Assembly (NCBI RefSeq): GCF_030684315.1
Contig: NC_081363.1
Location: 49,170,312-49,234,311, forward strand
Reading direction: 5' to 3'
From: Stegostoma tigrinum
Lineage: Eukaryota
DNA length: 64,000 bases
The notes beneath the pieces were generated by a model. That model had not been told where the DNA came from. It did no database searches and saw nothing but the letters and a program-made list of their open reading frames with translations. Every line of letters begins with the position of its first letter. Position 1 is the stretch's first letter. This document shows positions 13,560 to 27,032 of the stretch, piece after piece. A program made the position numbers and the translations under genes.

Positions 13560-14700
13560 TGGATGCCTACATTTGATCTTATTGCTTTCAAAGACAAATG
13601 ATGAGATAACCTTTTAAAATTAAAAGCATTCTCCTGTGAAAAATTAGAACAGGGTAGTAGCTAATGACTTAAATGTGAGTTTTCCCCAAAAGCCAGAGAA
13701 ATTCAAATTGCGAAATGTATAGCAAAACACCTAGTAGATGGAAACAGAAGACAGTTACACTGATAAAACAAAAGTGTAGCAGATCAAGAAATTAAAAGTA
13801 GAATTTCAACAGCAAAGAAAGGAAAGTGAATTTTGGGAAAGGAAAGAGACTTCTAAGGAAAGGAGAGGTGAAGGACGGATGGAAAGTGAATCAGAAAGGG
13901 TGTTGTCACTGACACAGCTCGAGCTAAGAAAGCAGAATTCTACTGAATTAAGGGAACCATATTGAACTTATATTTAAGAGATAAGGTATTCAACTTCACT
14001 CATTTACTTCCACAGATTTGATCAGAAAGAGATGAACATCTTTTTCATCTCTTTTGAGAGTTAAGCACCGCAATTAAAGTGACCAAACTAACAGCAGACG
14101 CAAAGCAGGCTGTCAGAGAAAACTCGCAAAGTCTACTCCCTCTTGCCTGAGGAGACTGTAAATGACTAGGTGGCAGCAAAAGGGCATGTTTTCAGTGTAT
14201 AACTGTTAATGCCAGAGGCGGACTGGCAACAATCCATACTCTCAAGAATCAGCCTGACCAGACATAGCTGGAATTTGAATAATTTAAGTAGCTCATTTTT
14301 GACTAGTGGGTTCAGATACTTAAAATTGGGACCATATATGTAAACCTCTGAGGTAATTGTCCAAGGATTCAATAACTCAATACCATTTCTAACCCAGATG
14401 AAACAAACAGGAACAGTCAGTGGGATGACCCAGGCAGGCAGCCAATCTGTCTGATATCTATGAGTTAACACACAGACCCATAAACTCAGGGACTCTGGGG
14501 TCCAAAAGCATTTACGTTGAAACACAGGAGAGGTTTATACCCCTGAGTAGCCTTAAGTTCTGCTGGAGAGAAAGGAAAGTCAGGCAGAGAACACAGAGTC
14601 CACATTTTAAGAGATCTAGATGTAAGATAAGTGGAAAATTGTAGGAAGCCTGAGCATGTAAAGGACAATTATTGTTTCTAGTATCCTGTGGAAACTCAGG
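13560..14700 (+). mobile_element. Decayed Gypsy (Gmr1-like) gag remnant
   Basis: From ~14000: LLPQ/FDQKEMNIFFISFES*APQLK*P...QSRLSEKTRKVYSLLPEETVND*VAAK..V...*LLMPEADWQQ, matching the recalled pattern FERxAxxLxWP..LxGKAxEVY..DYxxVKxAILxAYELVPEAYRQ. A degenerate knuckle NCRKPEHVKDN lies at ~14640. Confidence 0.7.
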
Positions 14701-14805
14701 CTACAAGACAGCATTAGTAAATTAAAGATGAACAGTGTCTGCTCTGTTGGTCAGGTTATCTGCCCTGAGTTTGTGTCAAAAGGAACAATGACCTCGGATT
14801 GTTCT

Positions 14806-14848
14806 CAGTTATCTCGGATTCTCCAGCATCTGCAGTTCCCATTATCTC
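14806..14848 (+). mobile_element. Penelope-derived terminal fragment
   Basis: ttatctcggattctccagcatctgcagttcccattatc matches the end of the element at 31005-31230. Confidence 0.8.
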
Positions 14849-17800
14849 TGAACAACGATCACTGACTATTTAAGTTCGGTGACTTAAGACTATTATAACT
14901 TAAGGTGAAATCTTACTTAGTTAAAGTGGCAATGGCTGAATCTGAACATCTCCTGTTGGCAGTAATGTTCCATACTCCCTGGGAACAGTTTTGGAGAAAA
15001 CCCATTCCCAAAATGAAGGGAATAAAGGGAAAGAAACATAGCCTACAATTACAGCATTGATGGAGATGCTGTGAACTAGAAACAGAATTGCTTTCTGGGA
15101 GATCAAAGGGACAGCAGCAAGTTTCAAAAGGTGCAAACAGGCTGATGAAAAATTTAACAACAGTGAGGTACAGGATGCAGATCAAGTTGCAAACATCAGA
15201 TAACCTTCCACCTGCCTCCTAGAAATCAAACTTGGAAAAATACCTGATTCTACCTGAAGGGATTACAAAATTGGGCAATGAGGAGTTAAAATTCGGAAAG
15301 GTGCCAAACCAGGGACCAGGTCTGGCTGCCATTTTCAAAGTAGGTTAGGATAAAGAGAATAAGCATGGAACATGAGTTTTGTCATTCCAATTTTGTTTTT
15401 TTCATTATTTCATGCAGAACTTATAAGGGAATGTTCACTGTAAACATTGTTTCTCATTGCCTGGAGGCATTAGGATAGCAATACAAATTTTCAATAAGTA
15501 ATAAAAACCATTTTTCAATTTTCATCATTCGATTTTAAATATCTGGATTAAACCAGTTTTTGTAGTAGAGGTAGCTAACAATAGATTTAATGAGTTGGTG
15601 TTAATTTTCCAAAATTCACTGGATTCTGGAAATATTGCATCAGACTTGAAAATAGCATTTGTTTTATTTTTAAAAGTTTTATTTCTATTGAAGAAAAGAG
15701 GGAGGCAAGAATCTGGATGTTATAGCCAATTAGCTTGACATGTATCAAGGGGAAGGTGTTAGAATTGATCATTATGCAATAGTTTACAGCTCACTTTTGT
15801 TAATGACCACTGAAATGTCTCCTTCCATTGCCACTGATTTTTACCAGTGTTGTGGTGTGCCTTGCCACGTGATGAGGATTCCAGCTGCACAAGGTATCCC
15901 TATGGCTAGATGGGCCTTCTCCTTGGTCGGGCACCTAAAGAGGGTCCCCAGCAATTCAGTTTGGAAGAACAGCCCTGATATCTCGATTTCCACTCTCCTA
16001 TTCACCTGGGCCTGGCTGAGTGACCCCAACAAGCCAGTCACTTTAATTAAAGGCTGCCAATAATGCTCCTGGTCTGAGGCCTGCTACAGACTCAGCAGTC
16101 ACCATTGTTCTCAGTAGTAGTGGCACTGAAGAGTTGTGGGTACTCTGGCCAGCATTCTATCTCAGGGGAAGGTCAGTTAGACTTCAGACAGCTAAATGCC
16201 TGAGCCACATAAAATAGTGCCGTGACTTCTGAGACAAAGGTGTACTCATTATTTACGTTCCGGCAAGTAGGCAGTACTATTGCCTTCAGTTGATCCCTGT
16301 CTTAGTATGCAACATGTCGTCAACTTTCAACTCAACTGTGCATTTCTCAAAGTCTGTTTTAAATCATGCAGATTTCATCTTATTTTATCGCTAAATTCTT
16401 TGCAAGACTAGGCTAAACTTTGTAAGGTGTCTATCCTTGGAAGATTTCCTTTATCTATTGATATTTCTTAATAAAGGATATAATTTGTTCACAGTGTAAA
16501 TTATTGTCTTTTGCCTCCTGTGTCTTACAGCCTTTCTACATTCCTGTCTTTAAAAGAATGGCCAGACTCCACTCCAAGGACAGGTCCTCATTTGTCACAA
16601 TGCAATTGGACAGTTAGAAAAGGAGGTACTTGAACTTCAATCCTGTGTCCCTGATGTTCCAACAGTTAAAATGAATTACTGAAAAATTGGGAGGGTCTGA
16701 AATAGTACACCTGGTTCTCCTACTCATGCCCCCTTTAAGCAAGACCACATGTCAGGCAGGAACAGAGCTTGGCCAAATTGATTCTTACATTTAAACATGG
16801 AACTCAGTTGACAATCTCAGAGGACCTACAAGCTGATGTGATAAAGCAGAGAGCAATAATTGCAGTTTGGAATTAAAGCAGTGAACAGCCAGCAGAAAGT
16901 AAACTTTACATCTGGTCATCTTATATCTGACCTGTTATACCTGATACTGGGCAACAAAAAGAATTCCAACTTCTTCTTAAAACTGTTTCCAATTGTATTT
17001 TCTTCCCAAAACAAGTAACATTAAGCTGTTAATTATAGGAGCAATGAAATGTGATGCAACTGGAAGGGATTGTGCTGGGGGTAGTGCAAGGGGGAGGGGG
17101 CTCATTAGTGTTCGCACAAAATTTCATCCACAAGTAACATTTCCATTTACCTATTTTGAGCAAGACCACAAAATATGCAAATAAAATCAGAGGGTTTTCA
17201 AGATTAGAAAGGGATTCGAATACTCCAAGTCATGATTGTCAATCACTAGCTAGAATTAAGGGATATAGATACAAGACTTAAAAGCAACACTTCCCTCTAG
17301 CTCTCACTCTGATCAAGGTTTTGAATTTTTGCCCAATGCTAATGTTCGTCAAAACAAGACTGCCTCCAGCCTGCTGTCATATGCAAGTACAAGTGTAAGC
17401 AAATATAGTTTTTATAAAACAAAACATAAAATAGACACAAACACTTCACAGTTTTCTGATATTCACATTATTACAGTCTTTTATTACTGTAAATAGCAAG
17501 CATCCTTTATTTTTCAAATATTTTGCACTGCTCCATTTTAACACAAGCTCAAATATGTTTAGCTAACAGCTTGGAAAATCAATTGCTCTGCACCTCAAAT
17601 ACAGGCATAAAATACAGGCCTAAGGCTCAGTATGATAGTCAGCATGTCTGGGCTAAAAGTGCATGAATTGCCACCTCTGTAGGTGTCCAATACACATACT
17701 GAACAATTCAGAAATCTCAGTCTAATTTTAAAGTAGTGTTTTCTGATATCCAAGGGAAATGGTGCAACAGTTAGTTCATTCATTCAAATGAAAATTCAAT

Positions 17801-18200
17801 AGATTTTTTTCAGAAAATAATAGCTTGAAATACAACTTATGATGATTGGAGCTATGATATTTTGTGTAGTATGCTTTGAAGAAAAATATTAACTTGGAAC
17901 CTAAGTTTTCCAACGCTTTCCACCCCTATAATTTCCCCTGTGTAATGTCTGGATGTGTTAGAGACTGCTATGATTCTATTAGTACCATGGAATGAAACTA
18001 TTAGGATGGCAGAAAGTGAATTGAATGGACTTAGGATTTGCTAGGTTAGAAATGATCAATACTCCTGTATATTGTTCTTTTGAAGAGAATGGAATGAAAG
18101 GAAAGGGCCTAGAGGAGCTAAAGCATGGAGCACTGTTTCAAAAGTAGAATAAATAAGTATGTGAATGAAAGTAAGATATAAGTCAATGAGTGAAAATAGG

Positions 18201-18323
18201 AGATAACACAGTGTGGAGCTGGAGAAACACAGCAGGCCAGCAGCATCAGAGAAGCAGGAAAGTTGATGTTTTGGGTCCACATTGTTTTATCTCTGACTCC
18301 AACAATGGCAGTTCTTACTATCA
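18201..18323. mobile_element. Internally deleted Penelope-derived mini element
   Basis: Shares agataacacagtgtggagctgg..acacagcaggccag..agcatcaga and the tail with the elements at 26828 and 30201. Confidence 0.75.
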
Positions 18324-18939
18324 CTGTGTCAGAATAGGATGTGTGGTTTCTTGTGGTTGCTTTAGCAACGACCCCAGCATGGACACAAACAAGTCAATGT
18401 CATTCTCTGTGTTGTGATTCTTTAGGAATAAGGCCACCTTAATCCTAAAAAAGGTTTATACTGGAAGCCAGAAGCCAACCATCTCATAGATGTTTGCCAT
18501 ATTGGCAATACCTTTAAAGAACAATAGTTTAAATTTAAGGGATCAAGCATCATACCAAAGGACAGTATTGTGGGTAATGAAGAGAAAACAAGAACAAATT
18601 ATATGAATAGAAAACGATATTGTTGCTTTTGTGCATATAAACATTGTTTTTTCCAGTGTTTGATTGCAGTTTTAATGAGGTGATGTGAATGTAACCTTGG
18701 GAGTCAGTATAGACAGCAAGAGATTTGTACATGGCAGCATTTCTATGATGGGAGTGGAGATAATGTAGATGTCGAACACTGTTCATGCAATGGTCAGCCA
18801 GGTTGGTGAAATGACTATTCCCCTGTCAAATAAACATGAATATTTCTTCCTTCAAGCAGTTGGTTTTCTTCTGTAACAACATACCCGACCTGTGCCCCAT
18901 TTTGCCACCAGGACCTGAAAAAAAGCAGGTAGGTTTTCA

Positions 18940-19060
18940 ATTTAATGTCTCAATAGACAATGAAGAGCTCAACACTGCACTGGAATTTCAGCAAGATTAC
19001 GTATTCCAGCCCTAGAGTGCAACTTGGACTCACTAACTTCCAATCCAACAGCAAGAAGAG
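18940..19060 (-). mobile_element. Deu-domain SINE fragment
   Basis: Weak similarity to 38100-38200 (actgcactg..a..cagc.aagatta). Confidence 0.45.
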
Positions 19061-20369
19061 AAATTAATTCTTCAAATGAGCTCAGAAGTAATCTTGAAAT
19101 CCTGCACTTTACAGTCTCCCAGACTCAACATTGAGTTCAACAATTTCTGACTATTACTTCTGCCTGTTTTATTCAGATGCCAGCTGTTTGTGACATATCC
19201 ATTTTTTCTATTTGCACCTCAAGATCCACATTTTCTTGTCCCATTGCTCTTTCCCACTCTGCTTTCCCTGCTTCTGCCCTCGCATAAAATCGGATACATC
19301 TTCTCAAAAAGATCTGAAATTTTTACTGTGTCTTTCCCTCTCCACAATCTCTGCCTGAAGCGTTTAGTATTTATAGCATTTTCCGCGTTTGTTTCAGTTT
19401 TCTAGCTGCCGTCATTTGTGCTGTTAAGTTAGACAAAGACAAAAGTCTCACCTCAGATTCAGAGATTGTGCATCCTCACCTGGTACATGTCACCTTTAAG
19501 CTAAGAGGAAATGTGAGACCTGCGTTTCCCATGAAAAGCTGACTTAATTTTAAATTGGCAGTGCTTCTATTTAATAAGCATTCATGAAAGACAAGTACAT
19601 GATAAATAGGCTACAGTTGGCTAAGTGGTCCCATTCAGCTGCTGACACATCGTTAGCTGAATTTCTCACACTCAGTTCAATAACAGGAATCAAACTAATT
19701 TCACCTGTCCACCTTGCTTTTGCTCTTACAGCCTCCAATCAATATCACCCACTGTTTCACTATTCTTCATCATTAAATTCATTTCTCCCTACCTCGCCTG
19801 TACTTTTTACTCAGCTGAATATTTTTCTCATCTTTTCCTGACTCTTCCCTTTGACAAATCTCCTGACATCCTAAGGGCAGACTTTAATTGGCTTCTATCA
19901 GTGAGGCCTAGGTCAGAACTGAATGAGTTGTTCGGCGAGCCGCACCTCAATGTTGAGATCATCTCACTGCATCTTGTTTGCTTTTCACAAGCGGCATGGC
20001 GGGATCGTCACTAGGCGGAGATCAACTCCAAACAGACACTCCTTATTGTTTGTTCGTATACCAAATTGCCACAAGTTATGATCTTACTAAAATCACCATA
20101 TTAATTAGTCATCCGGAAAACTCAACATGGTGACTAGAGAGAGTTCTTGGTGGCTTCAACATATTGGTTGCTCCAAAAGAAAACCTGCATATTGGACACC
20201 ACCGAGTCACTACCTCAAGCATATCCCATGGACGGGAGCCACATGCACCCAAATCCATGAACATTGGCATCCAGTATGTGCCAATCTTTATGCATACACA
20301 TGGTACATCTTTGATCCACTTATAGGATGATTCTGCACTTCAGTGCTGCACTTGGGCTACACCGGTAAC

Positions 20370-20699
20370 TATCAACTCCCTAACCTGTTCTTCCTCTCAC
20401 CCATCCCTTCCTCCCACCCCAAGCCGCACCCCCATCTACCTACTAACCTCATCCCACCTCCTTGACCTGTCCGTCTTCCCTGGACTGACCTATCCCCTCC
20501 CTACCTCCCCACCTATACTCTCCTCTCCACCTATCTTCTTTTCTCTCCATCTTCGGTCCGCCTCCCCCTCTCTCCCTATTTATTCCAGAACCCTCACCCC
20601 ATCCCCCTCTCTGATGAAGGGTCTAGGCCCGAAACGTCAGCTTTTGTGCTCCTGAGATGCTGCTTGGCCTGCTGTGTTCATCCAGCTTCACATTTTATT
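20370..20699 (+). mobile_element. Penelope-like element 3' (pLTR) fragment, young
   Basis: Pyrimidine-rich tract followed by ctgatgaagggtctaggcccgaaacgtcagcttttgtgctcctgagatgctgcttggcctgctgtgttcatccagc, the same arm found at 28340 and 31107. Confidence 0.85.
20604..20645 (+). ncRNA. Minimal type I hammerhead ribozyme motif (Penelope-type)
   Basis: CUGAUGA-A-GGG(ucuagg)CCC-GAAA-CGUC at 20611-20638 has the full catalytic core, stem II and a palindromic ACGU stem III. Stem I is only ~2 bp locally. Confidence 0.7.
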
Positions 20700-21708
20700 G
20701 GCAAGAAAAGTATGCACTCAGGAACATGCACCCAGCTCATGAATTGGACCAGGTTGCATCATATATCTGGGCTCTTCACTCAATGTTATACCACTTACTC
20801 ACTCTGAGCCAACCTCGATGCTCACACTATCCCTGCTTGGAATTGCCTCACATTGGCTGTTTGTGATGTTCCCCCACAGTCAGAGATACCAGTGTCATGT
20901 TAAATACCATCTTGCCCTGTCATTTAGCATTGACACAAAGCCAGGAGACTTGTCATTGTTGTTGGCAGGCCTCATTCTGGTTGCAGGAGAGGTGGTCTTC
21001 ATTAGGGATCCCAGCACAGTAAGTCAAGGGCAGCCACTGACAGCTGACCAGGCCCAGCCTGGGGTTGTCAGAGTCAGGATAGTCTCCTCATAAGGGGTAA
21101 GGAGCCGAATAATGGACAACACACCAGTCATTTTGACACTTTCTGCCCTATTGTGGATTTGTTTGCCCCTAGAATCAGAAACAGAAGCAGATAGTGTGGG
21201 AGGTGAAAATGGGTGGCAGAGCTGTTACTATTGGTGTAGGGAAGGAAGTGCCTGAGTGCATGAGTAGGCAATGCAGGGGACACAGAGCTCATAGTATCAG
21301 ATGTTAAAGTGGGTGTAAGCAGGTGAGAAGACATGTTGCAAACAACAGTGAAAGTGGTACAGCTTTGGTGGAAGTTGGGTCTAGTAACAGAAGAGAGTGA
21401 GTGTGAAGTATCAGAGACAAGTTGATGACAGTTAACCTGGTGAAATGGAGAAGGACACTGAGCTTCTTCCTACAGTATTGTTTCTTCCAGACAGCTGCGA
21501 CTGCTCTTAGCCAGATTGGCAATATTGTAGCAGGCTGGCATGGGCTGTTCTTGGAGTCTCCAGGGCCAAGCCAGGAAAGCCCCTAACTGCCAAGACCATC
21601 ACAAACAAACATCAGAAACCATGCATGGCAGCTCTGGACTGACAGTGTTTGTCCAGGTGCACAACACCACTGGTGCCAGAAATGCTGGTCAATTCCAGGA
21701 ACCTCAGT

Positions 21709-22945
21709 GAAACATAGAAAATAGAAGCAGGAAAGGGCATTTTGGCCGATCATCCACTTTACACCCCTATTCTTTGATCCCTTTGGTCCCAACTGCTATA
21801 TTCAACTTCTCCTTGAAAATCACACAATGTTTTAGCCTCAATTGCTTTCTCAATTGCGCCAGACATTCACCACTCGTTGGGTGAAGAAATTTCTCCTCAC
21901 CTCAGTCCAAAATGGTTTACCCTGTATCCTTAGATCATGACTTCTGGGTCTGGATTCCTCTGTCATCAGGAACATCCTCCCTGCGTCTACCTTGCCCAGT
22001 CTTGTAAGAATTTTATAGTACTCTATGCGATTTCCCTGTCATCCTTCTAAACTCCAGCAAATATAATCCTAACTGATTCAACATCTCCCTATACATCAGT
22101 CCCACCATCCTAGGAATCAATTTGGTAAGTCTTCACTGCACTCTCTTTTTTGCAAGAACATCCTTCCCCAAGTAAGGAGACCAAAACTGCACATAATATT
22201 CCAGATATGACCACACAAGGCCCTGTATAATTCCAACAAGACATCCCAAATGTAATTGAATCCTGGAAACACAAAATTTTCCCTCTTGACCACATGATGT
22301 ACCTGGATGCTTACTTTTAGCGACCAGTATATGAATACACCTAGGTCTCATTGCACATCCCCCTCTCCCAATTTACATTCATTTAAATAATAATCCATCT
22401 TCCTGACTTTTCCCCTAAAGTGGATAACCTCAAATATATCCACATTATACTGCAACTGCCATGCATTTGCCCACTTACTCAGCCAGTCCAAATCACACTG
22501 AAGCATTTCTTCGTTCTCCTCACAGTTCACCCTGCCACCCAGCTTTGTGTGACCTGCTAACGTGGAGATATTACATTTAGATCCCTCAGCTAAATCATTC
22601 ATACAAATGTGAATAACTGGCGTCCAAGCACTGATTTCTGTGATACCCCATTAGTCAATGCCATCATTCAGAAAAAAAACCTTTTACTCCTATTCTGTTT
22701 TCTGCCTGTCAACCAGCTTTTAAAAATCCATTTCAATACATTACGACCAATCTTACACACTTTAATTTTACACACTAATCTTTTAGTGGGACTTTGTCAA
22801 AAGTTTTCTGAAAGTCCAAATAAATCACATCAAATAGGTTCCCTTCATCAACTACACCAGATACATGCTCAAAGAATTCCGGTAGATTTGTCAAGGATGA
22901 TTTCCATTTCATAAGTCCATGCTGACTCTGTCAGATCCTACCATG
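21709..22945 (-). mobile_element. CR1 LINE 3' portion, decayed
   Basis: ORFs 22348-22602 (NDLAEG..TKLGG..LQCDLD.LSKWANAWQ) and 22133-22351 (LEYYVQFWSPY); tail gaaacatagaaaatag on +. Confidence 0.9.
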
Positions 22946-23079
22946 TATTTGTAGTGAGTTGCATCAGGAAAAGCGCGTGGTAAGATGGAGCAAAAATCAG
23001 ATATGATAAAATTAGCGTGGCAAGTTTGGAAAACTATGGTAAATAAACACATTCAGCCACATGCTGAGAATCATTTCAC

Positions 23080-24290
23080 CGAACTAACGTCAACCGACAC
23101 TTTTCTGATAAAAGTAAGATTCAGTCCTATGCCACTCTAAATGGATTCGGTTTACCACTTCCTTTTCATCATAAATGGCCAGCCCTTTGATCATTTCTTT
23201 TCCATTTCTTGCATTTCTGCTCTCAGCTCTTACCCTCTCTCCACAATTCATGATAGACATCCACTATCCCCATCCTGCATTGATAAGACCTCTATATCTA
23301 ACGTATCATCCTCAACTTCTTCAGCACTAAACATCGCTGCTTTTCTCCAATTCTTTCACCATTCTAAATGAACTATTCCCTCTGTAGCCTGGCATTCTTT
23401 CCCTGATATGCTCAAGTGCTGTCAACACTCTCTCCCTCTCATGTGACATCTTCCCACAGGAGATGTAACACTTGCTTTTTTTAATGCCTTCCTTTATCAG
23501 TGCCCAAGCACTTTTTCCAGTTGAAACAGTAATTTACTTGTATTTCATTCCGTTTACTATGTTGCATTCACTGCTCACATGTAGATATTTTCTAATTGGC
23601 CTGTTCAGAGATGTTGTTACAAATCTTTGGAGCAGGAGAGATTTGAATCAGAGAAAGGGACATTAACACTGTATTAGAAGAACCCAATAAGTTCTTCACT
23701 GTGACATCAGCAATTCATTCAAATGTTCCTGCCTGATTACAATGTAATCTCCTTTACACCAGTGAAACAAATGTTAAATTAGATGACCACTTTGTAGAAC
23801 AGATTCAGTCACCAAATATAACTGAACTTCTAATGGTTTGTCATTTTAAAGCTTCATCCAGGCATTTGTCCCATTCCCATTTTGACTCTGACCTCAGCAT
23901 TGTGTACACTTCCAATGAAATTCAAGGAGCAACACCTCTTCTTCCAATCTGACATCTTACAATCTTCCAGGCTGCTTCCACTTTGTCAGACAGAAGATCT
24001 TGATGACCTGTTGGCTATTTCATTCTCACATCTTCTTTTCTTTACTTGTACCAATTCCATCTCCTTTTACCTGACGCCATCACCCCACTACCAAATATTC
24101 CATACTGTCGTAGGCTTTTTCGTTTGCTGTCACTCTTCTCCCCAAGTTATTTTCCTCTGCATTTCTTTGCAAATTGTTATATTTCTGACCTTTTCCAATT
24201 CTGGCAAAACCAAATTTGCTCTGTTTCTCTGTCCTTAGGTACTGCTGAATATATTCAGCATTACTGGTTTTTAAATTTAAATATACGGCA
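23080..24290 (+). mobile_element. Old Penelope-like element, GIY-YIG endonuclease region and 3' end
   Basis: RRCNTC..PK..FQLKQ*FTC..LLCCIHCS at ~23460-23580 and KFKEQHLFFQSDILQ at ~23920 (consensus KLEEQHLIFRLGTLQP). Interrupted by a short SINE-like piece at ~23600-23690. Confidence 0.7.
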
Positions 24291-25089
24291 TTTTCCTTTT
24301 GTAGCGAAAAAAATAGGCTTTTTGGTGAATCCTCCCAAGAAAGATTGTTGAACCTTTAAAATCAAACTTTTCTTTTCACTTACTGCCAAGTAACACTAAA
24401 TACATGTTTTATATGGGTGTGATTGTCGTTGGATGATAATGAGACAGTAATGAAGGAAAATGGGACAGTTGACAGATCAGCATGTCATTATTGTTCCCTT
24501 TAAATACACCTATCCACTTTAGGGCAAGTTCTTCCATTGGCTGCAAATTACAGTGGAAAATTGGGTGGGTAAGAAAATGGATAGGGATCCAATATATCCC
24601 ACAGCGACATTACCCAAAAATCATGTGATTAAGAAGAAGCTTTTGTGTTTCTTTTTTCAAACGATAAATACATTCTAGAAAACTTACGTGCCAGCACATG
24701 CATGAGTATCCATAAAGAAACTCAGCAGCTGACTAAATTAGAAATCGTGCTAAATTTTCACCAAACCTTACAAGTGACTTCAGTTTTATAGAGGCAGTAA
24801 GGTTTCTTTTTCACATAAACAAGCTCGAAATCAAAGGTGTGCTTATGTGAACATAAATGTGTATATCCATAGAGTTACCAGCTCAATCCCATTAAAATGC
24901 TTCATTAGGGTTTGACCAAATATCATAAGTAGCTTCTTGTCATTAAACACTGCTTGAGTTCCTTTTGAAAATAAACATGCTGGGAACTAATCATCCATGA
25001 ATTTCTAATGACTAACTTAATTACTTAAGACAAGTAAATTAAATTTAAAAACTAAATATGGTGTAAGAGATTACAAAGAGAAAATTGTA

Positions 25090-26825
25090 CCACATTTTCT
25101 AATAAGGAGCCACATAGCTACATGGAACACAATGCTCTGGCAATAACAAAGAATTTACTCAAATAAAATATCGGACCATGCACTAAATATTCCTGTGTAC
25201 AACACTTTCAGCAAAGGTAAGGAAGGGAAGAAAAAGGAAGACGTAGCTGTAATGATTAGAAGGAATATCAAAGTGCTGGATAGAGAAGATGTCTTGGAAG
25301 GCTCAAGACTGAATTTATTTGATTAGATTTAAGAAGCAATAGAGGTAACATTACATTAATTTTCTGTATGCTGTAGGCCACCAATTAGCAAGAACAATTT
25401 GAGGGAAACTACAAAGATGTACAAAAACTACAGAGTCATGATAATGGGGGACTTCAATTATCCTGATGTAGATTGGACCTGGAATGCTGTAAAGGGAAAG
25501 CAGGGTGTAGGTTGGCCATTGTCGTAGGTCACAGATAGCAAATACACCACAACACACAGGAGTGGTGTCATCTCATAGAGAGATGATGTCTTCACACAGA
25601 GTTAATATATTTGAGCACAGAGATCACAACTCACAATGGAAAGCATCTAATTGCATATACATGAGGTGTGGCCAAGTAGAAAGCTGGGGCAAAAAAAATT
25701 AAAACTGCCTCAGTTTTCCATGTCCCAGATGGGTTGAAGCTGCTTTATTGAGGAAAGGAATGAACACGGGACCCCTACTAAACCAGAACACTTTGCACAC
25801 CTTTGTTCAAAAAACAGTCCAAGGATGTGTTCAGCAACCTTAAACCAATCACACCAACTTCAGTGGCCGTCAAGACAATAATTAAAGGGAAAGTTAGTGA
25901 TCATTTGAACAAGTAACCAGTGAAGTAGGGAAAGGGAGAATAGATCTGTTGAGGGAAGATCATATTTAGCTAATTTGAGTATTTGATAAATTAGCTGAGA
26001 TGCTTGATGAGGGTAAGGTGATTGAGGTGGTATAGATAGGATTCCAAAAGACACTTGACAAAATTTCACATTGTATACTTGTCAGTAAATTTCAAATCCA
26101 AGGGAAAAGAAGGGAAGTTATAGCATGAATATGAAGTTTACTGAGTGACAGGAAACAGTCATTGATTGTTTTATTCCAATTGGAAGAATCAAAAAAGGGG
26201 TCTCCAGGGGTCACTATTAGGAAGACCATCTTTCTTAATCCAAATTAATGACCAACAAGGGTATTCAGGGATTAATTTTAACAATTGCAGATGACATAAA
26301 AATTTGGAAGTTAACATGAAGCATGAAGAAGAGTGATACATGAGGATGAAAAAACAGTGTAATTTGTAAACTGGTATGACTTGTTGCATATGCCTTAGAA
26401 CAGTGCTCCAGTATGACCAGTATATTCCTTCCCAAGTCTTACTGTATTATTACAAGACTTTTTCTGTCTAGGTGGTGGAATTGGGAGATTCATCACAATA
26501 TTTAATACAAAGAAATGGGCAATGATACATTTTGATGGGAAGAATGAAGAGAGGCAATACTGGAGGTAATTATAAAGTGGGTGCAGGAACAGAGACATGC
26601 ATATTCATGTAAGAAAGTGATGGCAGGATGGTTTGAGAAATTAGCTTAAAAGAAAAGCATTGGGAACTCCACGATTTGTAAATAAAGCTATGAAGTACAA
26701 AAGCAAGGAAGTTACAATGCATCTTCATAAAGCTCTAATTCAGCATAAACTGAACTATGTGTTCAATTCTGGCCACTGCATTTTAGGAAGGACATGAAAG
26801 CTTTAAAATATTTACAAAGAATTTG
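25090..26825 (+). mobile_element. Heavily decayed CR1 LINE
   Basis: IMGDFNYPDVDW (~25440), G.PQGSLLG-like (~26200) and YVQFWPLHFRKDMKAL (~26760). Confidence 0.75.
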
Positions 26826-26827
26826 GA

Positions 26828-27032
26828 GATTGTAAGAACTGCCAGTGCTGGAGTCAGAGATAACACAGTGTGGAGCTGGAGGAACACAGCAGGCCAGGCA
26901 GCATTAGAGGAGCAGGAAGGCTGACCTTTCAGGTTAGAAGGATTTCGGAAGAAGGGCCCCGATTCAAAACATCAGCTTTCCTGTTCCTGTGATGCTGCCT
27001 GGCCTGTTGTGTTCCTCCAGCTTCACACTGTG
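26828..27032. mobile_element. Palindromic Penelope-derived mini element
   Basis: Inverted arms around a degenerate hammerhead core. Probable TSD acaaagaatttgga (26814-26827) / acaaaaaatttgaa (27035-27048). Confidence 0.8.
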
